DNA of 63,439 bases, the filler included, from Vezdaea acicularis (lineage: Eukaryota), in assembly GCA_026025075.1 (NCBI GenBank). It is 4 parts of 4 records of this genome, joined end to end, with 100 filler letters (N's around TTAATTAATTAA, not from the genome) between each part and the next. Parts side by side here need not be neighbours in the genome. Positions count along the whole stretch, not along the records: positions 1 to 18,173 come from JAPEUI010000206.1; positions 18,274 to 36,331 come from JAPEUI010000207.1; 2 more parts are not named here. One strand, 5' to 3'. The position numbers and the translations under genes are program-made. How positions within the stretch are numbered: position 1 is the stretch's first letter; the number at the start of each line of letters is the position of its first letter. Positions 10,523-23,491 of this stretch are shown here, piece after piece. The notes under the pieces were generated by a model that saw only the letters and a list, made by a program, of their open reading frames with translations, ran no database searches and was not told the DNA's origin.

Positions 10523-13088
10523 TTAGACCATAAGGTTATATTTTCTCAGTGTATCTTGTGCTGTAGTGACCTTCAAACCAATTCTGTTCACTAGATTAGC
10601 GAAATAAACTTCATATGGCCTAGGAAATACATATACCGAGCGTCCAAATCATAACTTTCCCATCTTGCAGCTTTATCAAGCCATTCTGCACATTCCTTAC
10701 CCTTATCCGGCTGTTCTCGTTTGAGCCAACATACAACAGCCATTTCATAGTGTGCTGAAGGGCATGTCCAATCATCTCTCAAGTGGCCCTTGAAAAGATT
10801 GCGATCGTGAATCAAAACTTCGTGTTTTAATATGTCTTGCGATTTCTCGACTTCTCCAAGATGCCTAAATATGACGGCTCGCAGAACTGAGTGGATGGCA
10901 CGTTCATCTAATGCTTCACTTTTCCATGTGGGGTTCGCACTTTCGTTTAGTGACCATGATAGTTGGTCTAGTGTAGCGTTGAGGTGCGTAGAATTCATAC
11001 GTTTGAAGCCATTCCAGAAATATATCATCTCCGCAAGAGGCGATACTCCAATAGCATCGACAAATGGAATGCCCCAATCGGAAGACCGGTGCTGCCATTT
11101 CTGGATCTTACGGCTGACGAATACATCAAAGGGTAAAGGACGAGCCATGAAACGCTTCTTACCCGTCAAACTCGGAACCATTTGTAAGTTTTCATTTGCT
11201 TTTGCCGCGTGCTCTTTCTGTAAACAAAGTTAACCTTGCAGGTAAACAGGTATGGCGTTAGACATACCGCTCTAGTCGGCTCAATTATCTTATATTGCCG
11301 ATAGAGTTCAACGTGAGCCGCTCCCGCGATATAGTAATAGAGAGCGTGAGACCAGTTGTTCAGAGCAACGCACTATTGAGAGAAATCGTTAGTTATCGAG
11401 GAACAGGCATGAACTGAGACGGACGAGTGAACCTTGATGAAGCTTTCCGCGCACAACGAGTATTTATGGCAATACATCGAGTCGAGAGCCTTCTCGAACA
11501 TAGCCAAAGCTTCCACTTGCTTCAAGGGGCTTGACATGTCTTCATCAAGCATCTCTATGGCGTGTTCAAGTTTTTTATCTGCTGCTTCCATCCTGGCCTC
11601 CTCGAGCATCCATAGATGGCTCTTAGGGTATCTGCGCCGCATGTCTGAGAGCAGTTCTTGGCACATCTTAACTGGATAACCATCAAGATAACCACTGTCA
11701 CTGTCTGGCAGGATGTCGCAAGTCCCTATCAGGTTATTATAGAATCCAAGAAGTATAAGCCCTGCCAAAGCGCCGTTAATGTTGTGAAATTTGCTAGATT
11801 GCCATAGCATCTGGAGCCCTCTCTCTCGATCTCCCTTGAAACCAATAATGTACAGAAGTTTTCCAAAAGCCGGTGGAATCATCGATATCATCAACAGTAG
11901 TACTCCGAAGCAAAGGTTTGCCCCTGAATGGATAAACACATCAATTGGATTAGAGAAGAATTCGGAGTCAGGGTCGTGGTCAACAACTGGGCGGTTTCTA
12001 CTAGCGTGGCTCTCCGTTATCTCTAGTGTGAAGGCCGCAAAGTTCTCATGAACTTCTTCCTCATCAATTTGCCCTGTATAAGTCGTTAAGGTAGAGGTAG
12101 TATGGACGTCCTCTACAGCATCAACGAACACATCGCTGTCATCCTCTACGCCACCTTCGTGACGAACATATGCCTCGTCTGGGGACAGTGCATTCCTAAG
12201 TTTAGAATGTTGTAAATGCTGGGTCTCATTGTGGAAGCTTCCGGGCATTGTACTCCGATCGGCTTCAATCGAACTTCTGGCCGACATGGAGTCTGTCTTT
12301 CCTCTCATGTATTTAACCTCAGCTTCAAGGATACCGTCAAGTGACATGTACGCTTTCCTGAGCTTGTAGAAGCCTTTAATGCTCTCTGTGAGTGATTCGT
12401 TTAAGAGACCGACGATAGCGCCCATCAGTTGGGCTTCGGCATTGCATAGTGCATATTCCGATCCAGGGGGATATATTGAAGAATGAAACGAAGTTGCTTC
12501 ATGTTGAGCGCGCCGGAGATCAGCAGAAGCTGTAGCTTCTGCATCTCCGAGAAACTCCGAAGCTATTGGCTATCAGACAAGGAACAAATCAAATTGATAG
12601 GAAATAGTGATGGTATTGCCTTCTCGCATGGTTTCTTGCTCAAATCCTAAAGTTGCCCTCATGAACGTAACGACGCCCTTTCCGAGCTTGACTAGCTTAT
12701 CAGCATATTCGTTCGGGTTTTTCATCATCATCATTTTAGGAACGTTGAAGCTTCCCTGCCCTTGCCGTGTGAGGAAAGCATCACTCACTTTGTGAAATGC
12801 AGAGTTGCCGCGTTTAAGACCTGCTTCAGCGGCGTCGACGTCGTCATTCATAATCTGTGTCGCAGCTTTACGGAGACATCGTTAGATGTGTCTGTTGCCC
12901 CTTTCACAGTATCTCCTGGCTTAAACCTACCCCGCATCGCATCCTCTACTGCAAATGCTAGTCAGCCTCTTGGTTCATTTTACTCAGAGTGAGGTTATCT
13001 GACAATTCTGTGGTTCATCGAGAGAATTCAATGAAAGCGTCGAAGCATTCGAATGCTTCTTAGCCGTTAACCAGGATCCAACACGCAT
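10523..13088 (-). CDS. IML2: Iml2/TTC39-family TPR protein, multi-exon
   Basis: [63 protein letters not shown], last exon [12 protein letters not shown]; canonical introns. Confidence 0.88.
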
Positions 13089-13552
13089 TCTGGTGACGAG
13101 TGCACGTCTTTCGTGCAGAAGAATGGAGTGAAAATGCGCAAAAGGTGCCCAGAATGCTAATAATGCACTTTGTAATGTAATGTTTAGGGCCGTTGATTTT
13201 TCAGGAAACCGGCCAGGATGCAGATACCCACGACAGATTCAAAACCAGGTGTATGAGTCGGCATTGAAGGAGCTTCATAGCGCTCCGATTTCATACTTGT
13301 CATGACATAGTGGGGTGCATGGGGTCGGAAGTGAGCGGACGTCTGCAGCAATTACCGGCGGGCAAAGCTAATAAGCTTAACGATAAGCGCTAGAAGTAAA
13401 GTGGCATGTGGAAGCTGCCCAGGATCCTTCTCGTCATGAAATCTTAAAGCTTTTCAGACCCCACAACACACCATACTTACCTCTGCCATCGTTTCCTTCG
13501 ATTTTTGTGGGCCAAGCGCACCTGTAGAATACAGGCAGTCGTTGCAGATATC

Positions 13553-13970
13553 ATGGCCAGCAATACCATACAATCTACCAAGGAACCAACAAAGGGAGAA
13601 AAGGCCGATAAACCTATTGATCAACCAAAACCTGCGGCAGTCTTGGAAGAAGATGACGAGTTTGAGGACTTTCCAGTTGAAGGTAAGGGCTCGCTTGTCT
13701 CCTCTGCAGTTTAGTACATCTCTATCATATCTAGATCTTATGCTCGTAAACTAAATTTTGCCTTCTCTTATAGACTGGTCAAAGGAAGAGACCGAGGTTC
13801 AGGGCGACAATGGTCACTTATGGGAGGAGAGCTGGGACGATGACGATACGAGCGATGACTTTTCACAGCAGTTGAAGTTCGTCACTTCGGGCGTTCACCG
13901 AGGGCTTTTTGCTAACATAATAATCTTCAGGGAAGAATTGAAGAGAGTCAAAGCTGATAAACAGGGGTGA
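13553..13970 (+). CDS. SEM1: 26S proteasome subunit Sem1/Dss1, 3 exons
   Basis: LEEDDEFEDFPVE|DW...HLWEESWDDDDTSDDFSQQL|REEL. Confidence 0.96.
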
Positions 13971-14210
13971 AGATTACAAGGATGATCCCATTTTATATAT
14001 CAGGCCCTCTTGTGATAGTATCGGTTATGAAGCTCAAGTGATATCGGATGATGATGGGACAATCATATACACAGCTTCTACTCAGTCTACACCTCTGTTG
14101 TCACAGATCAGTGGCGAAAGGGCCAAGGCAAAGCCATCCTTTAGAGCCACCATCCTAGCATATTAGGTCGAGTTCTATAAGCTAACAGCTATGTACGCTG
14201 ATAATGGGAC

Positions 14211-15617
14211 TTATTTGTTCTATTGAAAACGTCAGTCACAGAATGTAGGCCTTTCAAGCCGTTTGTATCACATACCGAGAGTGCAGTGACACCAGGAAGC
14301 TCCTTGCCTTCTAAGAGTTCCAATGATCTAAGAGTACTTGTCAGCGCATGCCTTTCACCTGTCAGCAGAATACTCACGCTCCACCACCAGTCGAGACGTG
14401 GCTTATCTTGTCTTCCACGCCATATTTTGCGGCAACCGTAGCTGTGTCACCGCCCCCAATTATCACAATTTTGCCCTGTTGCGCTGCCTCTACGGCAGCA
14501 TCAAGAGTGGCTTTTGTTCCCTTCGCGAACGCCTCGAATTCAAATACTCCCGGTGGACCATTCCACAAGATTGTCTTTGCCTCATCAATCGTCTCCTTGT
14601 ATAGCTTGATGCTCTCCTCTCCGCAATCTAACCCCATCCAGCCATTCGGTATACCCTCCTTATCGGTAGCGTAACCGGTCTTTGCGTCCTTGTCGAATTT
14701 GTCCGCTGTAATATAGTCAACTGGTAATACGATCTTAACGTCATTCTTTCTTGCCTTCTCCATTAACCCGCCCACGGTCTTGCTACCTGTTTCGTCAAAT
14801 AAGCTATCACCGATGTTGATATTCTCAAGTGTCTTTTTGAAAGTAAACGCCATTCCGCCGCATATTATCAAGCTATTCACTTTGCCAAGTAAGTTGTCAA
14901 TCAACTGAATCTTATCAGAGACCTTAGCGCCACCGAGGATAGCTAAAAATGGGCGCTTTGGGTTTTCCAGGGCCTGTGCAAAGTAATCAAGTTCTTTCTT
15001 GACCAGAAAACCCGAGGCCTTTTGGGGGAGATCTATTCCCACCATAGAGCTATGCGCTCTGTGAGCGGTACCGAAGGCGTCGTCTAGAGCATTTATTAGC
15101 AGGAAAAGCTTTTACAAAGCATGCAACGCTCACTAATATATACATCGCCCAGTGCTGTCAACCCTTTCCTGAATTCCTTGATCTTCTCAGGATCAGCCTT
15201 TAGTTTCTTTCCATCTGGACCCTTAGAGCTTCCTTCCTCTTCGGCGTGAAAGCGCAGGTTCTCCAAAAGGATAACTTGCCCTGCAGCAGCATGTTTCACA
15301 GCAGCTTCAACCTCCGGTCCAACACAATCGTCCAGAAATAGTACCCCCTTCTTGAGCAACTTCTCCAGCTCCCCTACCACAGGCTTTAGACTGTATTTAG
15401 CTGCTATTTTCCCATCTGGGCGGCCCAGATGCGACATGAGAATGATCGTCTTAGCATCATGCTCGACAGCATAGTTTATTGTGGGTAGAGCCCCTACGAT
15501 GCGTTGGTTATTCGTGATCTTGTCGCCATCTAAGGGAACATTGAAATCAACCCGAATCAATACGCGCTTCCCCTTCAGGTCAACATCGGTGATTGCGAGC
15601 TTATTGGAAAGCGACAT
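14211..15617 (-). CDS. PGK1: Phosphoglycerate kinase, multi-exon
   Basis: [73 protein letters not shown]. Confidence 0.98.
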
Positions 15618-15730
15618 CGTATGAATACCAGCTATCGATTAGATCTACTAGATTGAGATCTAATTTGAGTTCGCTGAGAAATTGCCAGGGCTGCCAAAGA
15701 GTGGATAACTGTTGGGGCACTTCGCTTGTA

Positions 15731-15750
15731 GGCGGGGCAAGGTGGGGCAA
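15731..15750 (+). promoter_or_regulatory. Two adjacent SYGGRG boxes (CreA/Mig1-type) upstream of PGK1
   Basis: GGCGGGGCAAGGTGGGGCAA about 120 bp upstream of the PGK1 start; short motif match only. Confidence 0.3.
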
Positions 15751-16606
15751 AAGACTACAGATTTCCTTACTTCGCCTAGCTCTAATTCACGAAAAATTAC
15801 ACCACAAGGGTAGGTTCACACGGTGCCATGCTCCTCCTATTCGTGAGTACCAATTAAATTTAGTGCCTAGACTTAGGTTCGCTACCGGTGGTTGCAAGCA
15901 ATACACAAGCAATACACAAGCAATACACAAGTATTCAGAGGGTTGCTTCAAAGTAGAATTTGCATGCAAGATTGACGTCACCTCAAGGATGTACTATTAT
16001 GGCCAAGAAACGTGCTTTGTCCTATGGGTTATGGGACAAGTTTATAACCCCAGAATGAGCTCGACCATCCCTTTGATGATAGCCTCAATTTTTCAAGCAT
16101 CTGCTTTGCCCTGAGATGATGATTGAAGGTGCCCTATGGTGAGATCGCTCCTGTAAGAAAGCTATTTTTCAGAGCAAGACACCTTAGTCAGGGGTTGGTG
16201 ATTCAGAGTTTCTATAGCGGCCTAGTAAATCCCGTCGCCAACCAGATTGCCCATCAAGGTACTTTTACTATTCTGCAGGCGCCTCGTACGGGTTTTATAT
16301 ACTGGTTGCTCAAAAATGTATTTGCTAGTTACTCCATATCTCGAGTATCGTCTCAAGTAGAAGAAACCTAACCCAAAAACAGGTTAAAACACCGATTCCT
16401 CACAAGTCCAGACCTTGCCCAAGAAAGGAACGCCGCTGTACATGCAGAATCACGAAGGTTGTCAATGGCGACGCCAACACAGAAGGCTCGTTTCTGGAAC
16501 TCTCGATACTTACTTTGTGGGGCAGGCTCATGAGAGCGTAGAAAGTTTCGTGATTGAAGTTACCCATAAGTATGAATGTATGTATGAAGGAACATGAGTT
16601 GAAGTA

Positions 16607-17375
16607 TTATATCTCTTCCGCTTGATTTGAAATGGAAAGGTACGCGGACCATGCAATTCCAATGGTAGAGACAAATGGCTGGGCTTAATTAGCATTCATA
16701 AGAAACCTGTGGACCGAGGGAAGACCAACCAGCTGGAACTGAATGGGAATGACACGGAAATTGAGGATCTGCACAGCTGGCCAAAGGACAAAGTTCGCCT
16801 TCAAGGTTGGCAGATAGACATCTTGGAATTTTCGTGCTACAGCACGCTTTCCTCCACCTTCAGCGATTGTCATAAAGGTAAAGAAGAACCCAATGCCTGG
16901 ATACCTTGTCAGCATTGCAATAAGTCTCCCACACATGGGGAAACACACTAATTGGTGCAAAAATAAATTGATCGAATGCGACTCTCTTTAGGGCCGGCAC
17001 AGTACCGCTAGACTTCGTAATGGGAAACGTCTTGGACAAGAACTGGAACCACTTGAACTGAAATGGGGCCAAAATAAATCCATAAGCCATGAAACGGGTC
17101 AGCCGCTCAAAGTCGAAGGGAGGTGGCAGGCTTCTGTTGGGTACAAAATCCCCCTCTAAATCAGCACCCTTCCTGTCCAATTCTCGAATTTCGATTGATA
17201 GGAACTCGTCCTTGGCACCACTTTTCCCCAAGGGACGGCGACGAAAGGCGGTCAAGGATTGAGCAACAGTATCAGCAATACCGTTCAAGACTGAGTTCGT
17301 AAGCATCATGGTGAGAACCGGTTTGTCGGCATAATAGGAGTTGAATTTAGCTACAAGTCTCGAGGCTACCATCAT
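16607..17375 (-). CDS. Mpv17/PMP22 family membrane protein, 3 exons
   Basis: PVLTMMLTN, PPPFDFERLTRFMAYG, KRVAFDQFIFAP, ANFVLWPAVQILNFRVIP, PFVSTIGIAWSAYLS. Confidence 0.92.
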
Positions 17376-18173
17376 TTCGACCAGGAAGACAATGGCATGT
17401 AGTAAGGGCTATGACTCAATGTTGTTAGGAACATCACCATATGTCTGGGCGCCGGAGTATTGGCACAAATGGCCGTCTATTGAGATGAGACCCGCAAATA
17501 TGATAAGACACGTACCACTTTTCCATAAATATAGCGACTATTCAGTAATGCGAGCACTTTTCGCCTTCGTTCGTCGAACATGTTAAGGGAAATGTATAGC
17601 TAAAAAGCTCCTCCTACAATGAGCTACGCTTGTGACTGTTCAGATGTCGCTGTGATGAGATGTTGATCAAAATCTATAGATAGGTCGTGGACAATCGTTC
17701 GATAGCTTGAGTGACGTTGCGTCGTCTCACAATAGAGATCTGCGCGGGTCTTTTCCTCGGGCACTTTCAAATGGGGAGTCACCAAGTCCTACAGGATGCG
17801 TTGTCGAAATGGCTCCTCTGACGATATTCAAAAGTCAAAGTGAAGTGGATGAGGCAGAGAAATGTTAGTGGCGGTACGTCAGTATGAATAGACGAGCGAT
17901 TTTGGAAGTGAAGATCTCAGCCATCATTAGCGACAGTTTATCGACCGCTACCTGATTAGTCACGGGTGACCGACGAAATTTACTGTTTTCACGGTGGGCA
18001 AAAAATTGGCCATGGAATGCTTTGAGTTAATCCAATTCTCTTTTTCAGGATGTTTTTTAAAAGGTAGACACTGGTCATACGGCCTATGTACAAGCGCAAA
18101 AACAGAATTCGCCCCATCTGTGCTACGAAACTGTGCTCCACGACTCAATTATAGGCAGATCTCGAATATCTAC

Positions 18174-18273
18174 NNNNNNNNNNNNNNNNNNNNNNNNNNN
18201 NNNNNNNNNNNNNNNNNTTAATTAATTAANNNNNNNNNNNNNNNNNNNNNNNNNNNNNNNNNNNNNNNNNNNN
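18174..18273. other. Artificial contig linker (N44-TTAATTAATTAA-N44)
   Basis: Exactly 100 nt with a six-frame stop spacer; identical at all three gaps. Confidence 0.97.
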
Positions 18274-19152
18274 AAGTATCCGAGCTTTGCCTCGCGGTAA
18301 GGTACCGGCAAGCTATTCGACTTCCTGGGACGGGGAATAGTCGCTGTGCCTGAGGATCTGGTACCACTTACCAATCCGCTAGGGAATGGATATCGATCTG
18401 GTTGTAACCCTAGAGAAGCTTGTTCGCGGCGTCTTCAGTTACATCACCTCTCTCCCGTCATAGAAATGCGCGTGCCTGATATGCACCCTTGCCATTTCTC
18501 ATCAGTACTGGGCAGGTCGAGTCGAGGCCCGTCTTGATTCCACAAACCAGGACTTCTCACTTTCTACGACTAGCAAGCCAATCCGAGGTTACGCTTCCCT
18601 ATGGCTATGAGGGCTTTCCTATCCTGAAGCCGATCGCTAGCCTTGCCTCTTTCTAGCGTCTTTCTTACGTGACATTGTCCATGGCTCTCAATTGGTTCGA
18701 CGCCCCCATCCGATATCCGGCCTTCACTGAGAATGCCTCAGCATCAAACCTACTATCTACACCATCACCATTTCTTCTTACCTCCCCAAGGGTTCTCTTC
18801 ACCTTGAAACACGATCGTCTACGCCGCGAGAACGTGTCTCCCCTGCGTACAGTTCTCGAATTATCTTCAGCAGTGCCGCAGACTTCCTAGCCTTCCACGA
18901 TGATCCGTATGGATGATCTGTCCGCTAGGGAGATTGATTGAGACGATGCACATAGCTTTGGTGTCTTGATGCCACTCATAAGCTTGATACGTAGAGGTCG
19001 GGAAGACTATATAAGTCTTCAAACCCCCCGCCCTGGCCTGATCTTTTCCCTCTCTTTATCGCAATCACTATCACTATCTCCAGATATAATCCGCTGCGCG
19101 GCTTATCAAAGTTTCTTAACATCCTTCTACAAATCTAATCGCAAAATCAACA

Positions 19153-21491
19153 ATGAAGCACTCCCCTTCCTCCCTCACCCTCCTCTCCGCGCTGATCATT
19201 CAGTCTGCTTTCGCCATCCCCTGTCCTCCTGCCGGCAACTCGTCCTCCTTAGCCCCTTGGTATCCAACGGGGAATAATTTCTCATCTACCATCTCTCCCT
19301 CCGCATACGCTCCTTTGTCCTCTACCTACCTTCCCTACGAGAGTCCTGTCCTCTCAGCAATTACGGATATTCCGGCACCATGGGAGGCCCCATCTGCCAG
19401 TACTTTAGCTCCAGTCATCTATTCAAGCACTGATGCACCACTACCAACAAGTACGAGCTGCCCATTTTCCTCCCAAAGACCGTTCTGGAGCTAACTTCCA
19501 TCACCAGGTCTCGAAAGACGCGATGATTGGTGGGCCGGCGACACTCCCGTCGCCTCACCCTGGGTTCCTCATACTCCTGTCGGATCTCCATGGGCTCCCT
19601 ACAGTCCTGTCGCATCGTCATGGGCTCCCGAAACTCCTGTCGCATCTCCCTGGCGAACGTATGTCACGCCAAGTCCAGACACCCGGGACTCCTGGCAATC
19701 TCCTACGCCATGGGCGCTATCTCGTGAGTAGAGCCTTTGTTTGAGGTTTTCGCTACTTCTGAACTAACTGTATGTGAAGCCCGCGCTCCTGAGCCACAAT
19801 TTGATGCGATAGCGGCCGCCATTGCACAAGCAACTGATACCGCTCAACCAAGTGATATCTCTCAAGAAATGGCCCGAATAGAAAAAGCCAACCAAACGGC
19901 CCTTGCGCTAATACAACGCCGTTCCACCAGGTTTGCTCCAGGTTCTGTAGCGCAAGCATCAACTTCTATCTGGGAGGTTCCAGCTCCTCAATCGACTGAA
20001 ATGCAAGCATCAGCTTCTAGCTGGGAGACTCAAGCTCCTCAACCAGTTGATGAGACCTATTGGTATGATGCTATTACTGATCCAGCGCCCTCGCCGTACT
20101 CGGAGCCGGAACAAAATTGGGCGCAGCAATTTGGCAAGCGTGAGCCGCTCCGTCTTGCGTCTGAGAATGGAACGCAATACAATCAGGCGAATTATACGCA
20201 GGGCAGTGGAAGTGGCCAGGTCAACTCTACCGTCAACAGTATGCTCAGCCAGCGCTCCCCACAACTAAACGAGACTTGGGTGCCGGCGCCACAGTACACC
20301 TCAACCATAGAAGCACAGCAGGCAGGGTTCGATCCTCAAACTCTACCTGAGCCTATCGAGGTCGAAGATCCGGTTCTCAGCAGCGAAGACGATGGTACAC
20401 CCAGCTTCGACAGACGTAAGCGCTCTCCCATTGCGCAAGATCAATCGCTACCCTCCGCTATGATCTCCGCTATAACCTCCATTGGGGATCCGCAGCCAGT
20501 AACCCCCACGATTGACCAGCCAATAGCGGGACCACCCGCGCCTGAACCACCCGCGCCTGAACCACCCGCGCCTGAACCACCCGCGCCTGAACCACCCGCG
20601 CCTGTACAAATTACGCATGAACAGCCCGAGTCGCCGGTGATAAATTCCAACGGTATAGAACCGAATTACGACGCTGAGTTGAACACCGGACCCAACGAAT
20701 ACGGCTCTCTTAGTATGGCACCGTACGCCAGGCTGAGCCGGCGCTTCGCCGAGCCTCAGGATTCCGCAAGTTACAGTTCCCATGACTACTGGACGGAGTC
20801 GATGAACAGCGACCGGCCCGGCGAACTTGAGCAATACGATCGGCCCGGCGTCGAATGGTTCCAGAAGCGTTCCGCCGAGCCTCAGGATTCCGCCAGTTAC
20901 ACTACCCATGACTACTGGACGGAGGCGATGAACAGCGACCGGCCCGGCGAACTTGAGCAATACGATCGGCCCGGCGTCGAATGGTTCCAGAAGCGTTCCG
21001 CCGAGCCTCAGGATTCCGCCAGTTACACTACCCATGACTACTGGACGGAGGCGATGAACAGCGACCGGCCCAGCGAACTTGAGCAATACGACCAGCCTAG
21101 CGCCGAATGGTTCCAGAAGCGCTCCCCCTCGCCACAAGACGTGAGCACGTCCATCCAGAACATCTGGGACGCGTTGCAGAGCGAAAGCGGTGGCGACTCG
21201 GGTCTCCAAATCGCCGATACCATACCACCTTCGGACGCTGGCAACGCGGGAACCTTCCGCAAGCGCTCCGCTGAGCCGGAGCCCCAGACTTATTCGGGCT
21301 CCGATACGGCTGGGTATACGGGCTCGACATCCGGGTACGGCAATACGGACCCTGGCTCTGCCACAGGAACCACGGGAACCACGGATGGAACAGCTCCCGC
21401 GCCTTGGCATGGTGAGCCTAGCGGCTTGTCAGAGGGTGGGACTACGGTCGGTGTTGCTGGCCGTATCAAGTTTAGGAGGCGCGCTGCCTAG
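19153..21491 (+). CDS. Secreted Kex2-processed repeat protein (~741 aa), exons 19153-19450, 19508-19723, 19780-21491
   Basis: Signal peptide MKHSPSSLTLLSALIIQSAFA; both introns have GT, a CTAAC branch site and AG, and keep the frame; multiple KR/RR sites followed by xA/xP dipeptides; three 42-aa repeats. Confidence 0.8.
20531..20604 (+). repeat. 15-bp coding repeat ACCACCCGCGCCTGA x5 (PPAPE)
   Basis: Direct inspection. Confidence 0.95.
20748..21122 (+). repeat. 126-bp coding repeat x3 (42-aa unit ending in KR)
   Basis: GCCGAGCCTCAGGATTCCGC at 20748, 20874 and 21000. Confidence 0.95.
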
Positions 21492-21900
21492 GTTTTAGGG
21501 GGTGGATTTGGGATTAGAGGGGGTGAGTTTGGGATGGTAGGGGTTTGGGGAGGCGCTCGGCGCTTCCACGGCTGGAAGAGGTGGGGGTTCGCCGGTTCCG
21601 CCGACGGCAGGGGGGAGGGATGGAGAGGGTTTGGTTACGAGTACGAGGCTTGCGGGTTTGGAAAGGGAGAGGAAGATCAGGGCTTAGGGGATGGACGGTT
21701 GGAGAGCTGGACTCTTCACATGATCCTTTTAGGAGGTGGGATCTTTTTGGGTATTTGGGGTGGTAATTTTCTCTTAACGTTGTTAAGATAGGCTAGGATT
21801 AATGAAAGCATACCACCCAGCTCTGAGTCCAACGCTTGCAATTTCACGTATATGAAGCAAGCTCTTTGAACAGTCAAGATGGGAGATCCAACCAGGCGAC

Positions 21901-23491
21901 TCAGTACACCCCCGGGAAGATCCGCCACCTCACGCGCTCCTGGTACCGCTTCCAGTCATCGCCATATTTCCTCCGACACTTCTCCTCATCGCGCCTCTCG
22001 CGATGGAGGAGTAGCACCGCGAAATAGATGACGTAGAAGTACGTAATCACGACGCCCCAGCCGCGCGCCTCGCCCTGAACCACCTGCGTCCGCGTGGGAG
22101 AGCCCCCCACGATGGAGCCGTCCGCAGGGGACTTCCCGCTGCCGGGGACAGAGGAAGATTGTTGCACGAGGTAGCCGGCGAGGCCGGTCGGCAGACACCA
22201 TGCCCACGCCATGATCCAGTCGCCGAAATAGTTCGGGTGGCGACTCATGCCCCACCAGCTGGAGACCAGCAGCTTGCTACCGGACTTGGTCTCGATGTAC
22301 TCGAGATGGGCGAGGGCGGGGTCGTTAGGGTTGACGCGGAAGGCGTTTTTCTCGCTGTTGCTGCTGCGGAAGATGTAGTACCCGATTCCGTTCACGGCGA
22401 GGACGCCCAGCGTGCCGTATAAGCCGAGGTGGACGGGGTAGACGGCCAGGTACTTGCACTGTAGCGAGTAGATGAATGGCACCCATACGAGGTCCCCGAA
22501 TGCCAGCATGAAGCCGAACCCGTCCGTCGTAATGTCCATCATGGTGAGGACGGCAGGCTCCATCCAGATCGAGTCGATCACGTATATAATTTGGAAGAGC
22601 GTGACTAGTAGGATGCTGTCCGTTACGTAGCCGTAGGTTGAGTATTGGTGCGCAACGAAGGTTAGGTCGAGTATGGCCCAGCCTAGCATGCCGGGGCGCA
22701 GCTCGCAAAATTCTTTGATGTCGATTTCGCCTAGGAGTGGGAGTGTGATGCGCGGGTTGAGCTCGCGCCCGATGTACCAGTCGTATAGCACATTTCCCGT
22801 ATGGCCGCCGGCGGCGAGTTCACGCTTCTCGGGGTGGTTGGGGGTCACACTGAAAGAAGCTAGGTAGACGTAGGTGGCTAGGATGTAAGAGATTACGATG
22901 TTGGTACTCAAGATTTGGAGGTAGTTGTCGTAGATGAACGTCCATAATGGGAACTCTGCTCCCTGGGCAATTGTGCCGGCGCCGGCAGCGACAAGGATGA
23001 ACAGGGCAGAGTTGAATGCTAAGACGGTCAGGACTCATCTGGTTTTGTGAAATAGCAAGACAGGGACGTACAATTTAATTTGTATTTTAGTTTTCCACCG
23101 CTGGCCAGTTCCACTCCTTCGCTCTCAACTCCCGGAAGGAAGGCTTGAAGAACCAAGCTGAGACCGTAATATGCTAGAACCCAGGCCGTCACTTTAAAAC
23201 TCATAAGACCCAGGAAGCCATCCTCTGGCCAGCCGGCCTCTTCCTTCAATGTCTCGAGTGAGAGGCTCCATGGGTGTAGAGCTGAAGGTATGGGACATCC
23301 TGCGATATCGTTACATAGGAATGTTGCAGCATAGCAGGCAATGGGGAGGCCGAAGGAGACCCCGAAGGCTCCTATACTATGAAGAGTTAGCCTTCTGAAG
23401 TGCTTCAGGGTGGTTTCTTTGCTTACGGCCCGCCGAATTCGTAATGAGGTTGTGCTGCAACTGCGGCCGTCTTCGCCCTCGTTTGTACCAT
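21901..23491 (-). CDS. ERG24: C-14 sterol reductase (ERG4/ERG24 family), 3 exons
   Basis: YEFGGP first exon, GRELNPR, ELRPGMLGW, MDITTDGFGFMLAFGDLVWVPF, LLVSSWWGMSRHPNYFGDW, DEEKCRRKYGDDW. Confidence 0.93.

Noticed and set aside
15896..15931. 11-bp repeat CAAGCAATACA x3
   Set aside because: Short intergenic slippage repeat with no evidence of function
18218..18229. TTAATTAATTAA palindrome, three copies
   Set aside because: Centre of an artificial 100-nt scaffold linker with stops in all frames; ORFs ending in LIN are artefacts
20448..21410. 320-aa minus-strand ORF
   Set aside because: Antisense shadow of the GC-rich repeat exon of the Kex2 precursor
19153..21491. Alpha-factor-like mating pheromone or dikaritin precursor
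   Set aside because: Repeat cores are ~36 aa and lack the short Cys/Trp pheromone pattern; no DUF3328 oxidase is visible on this contig
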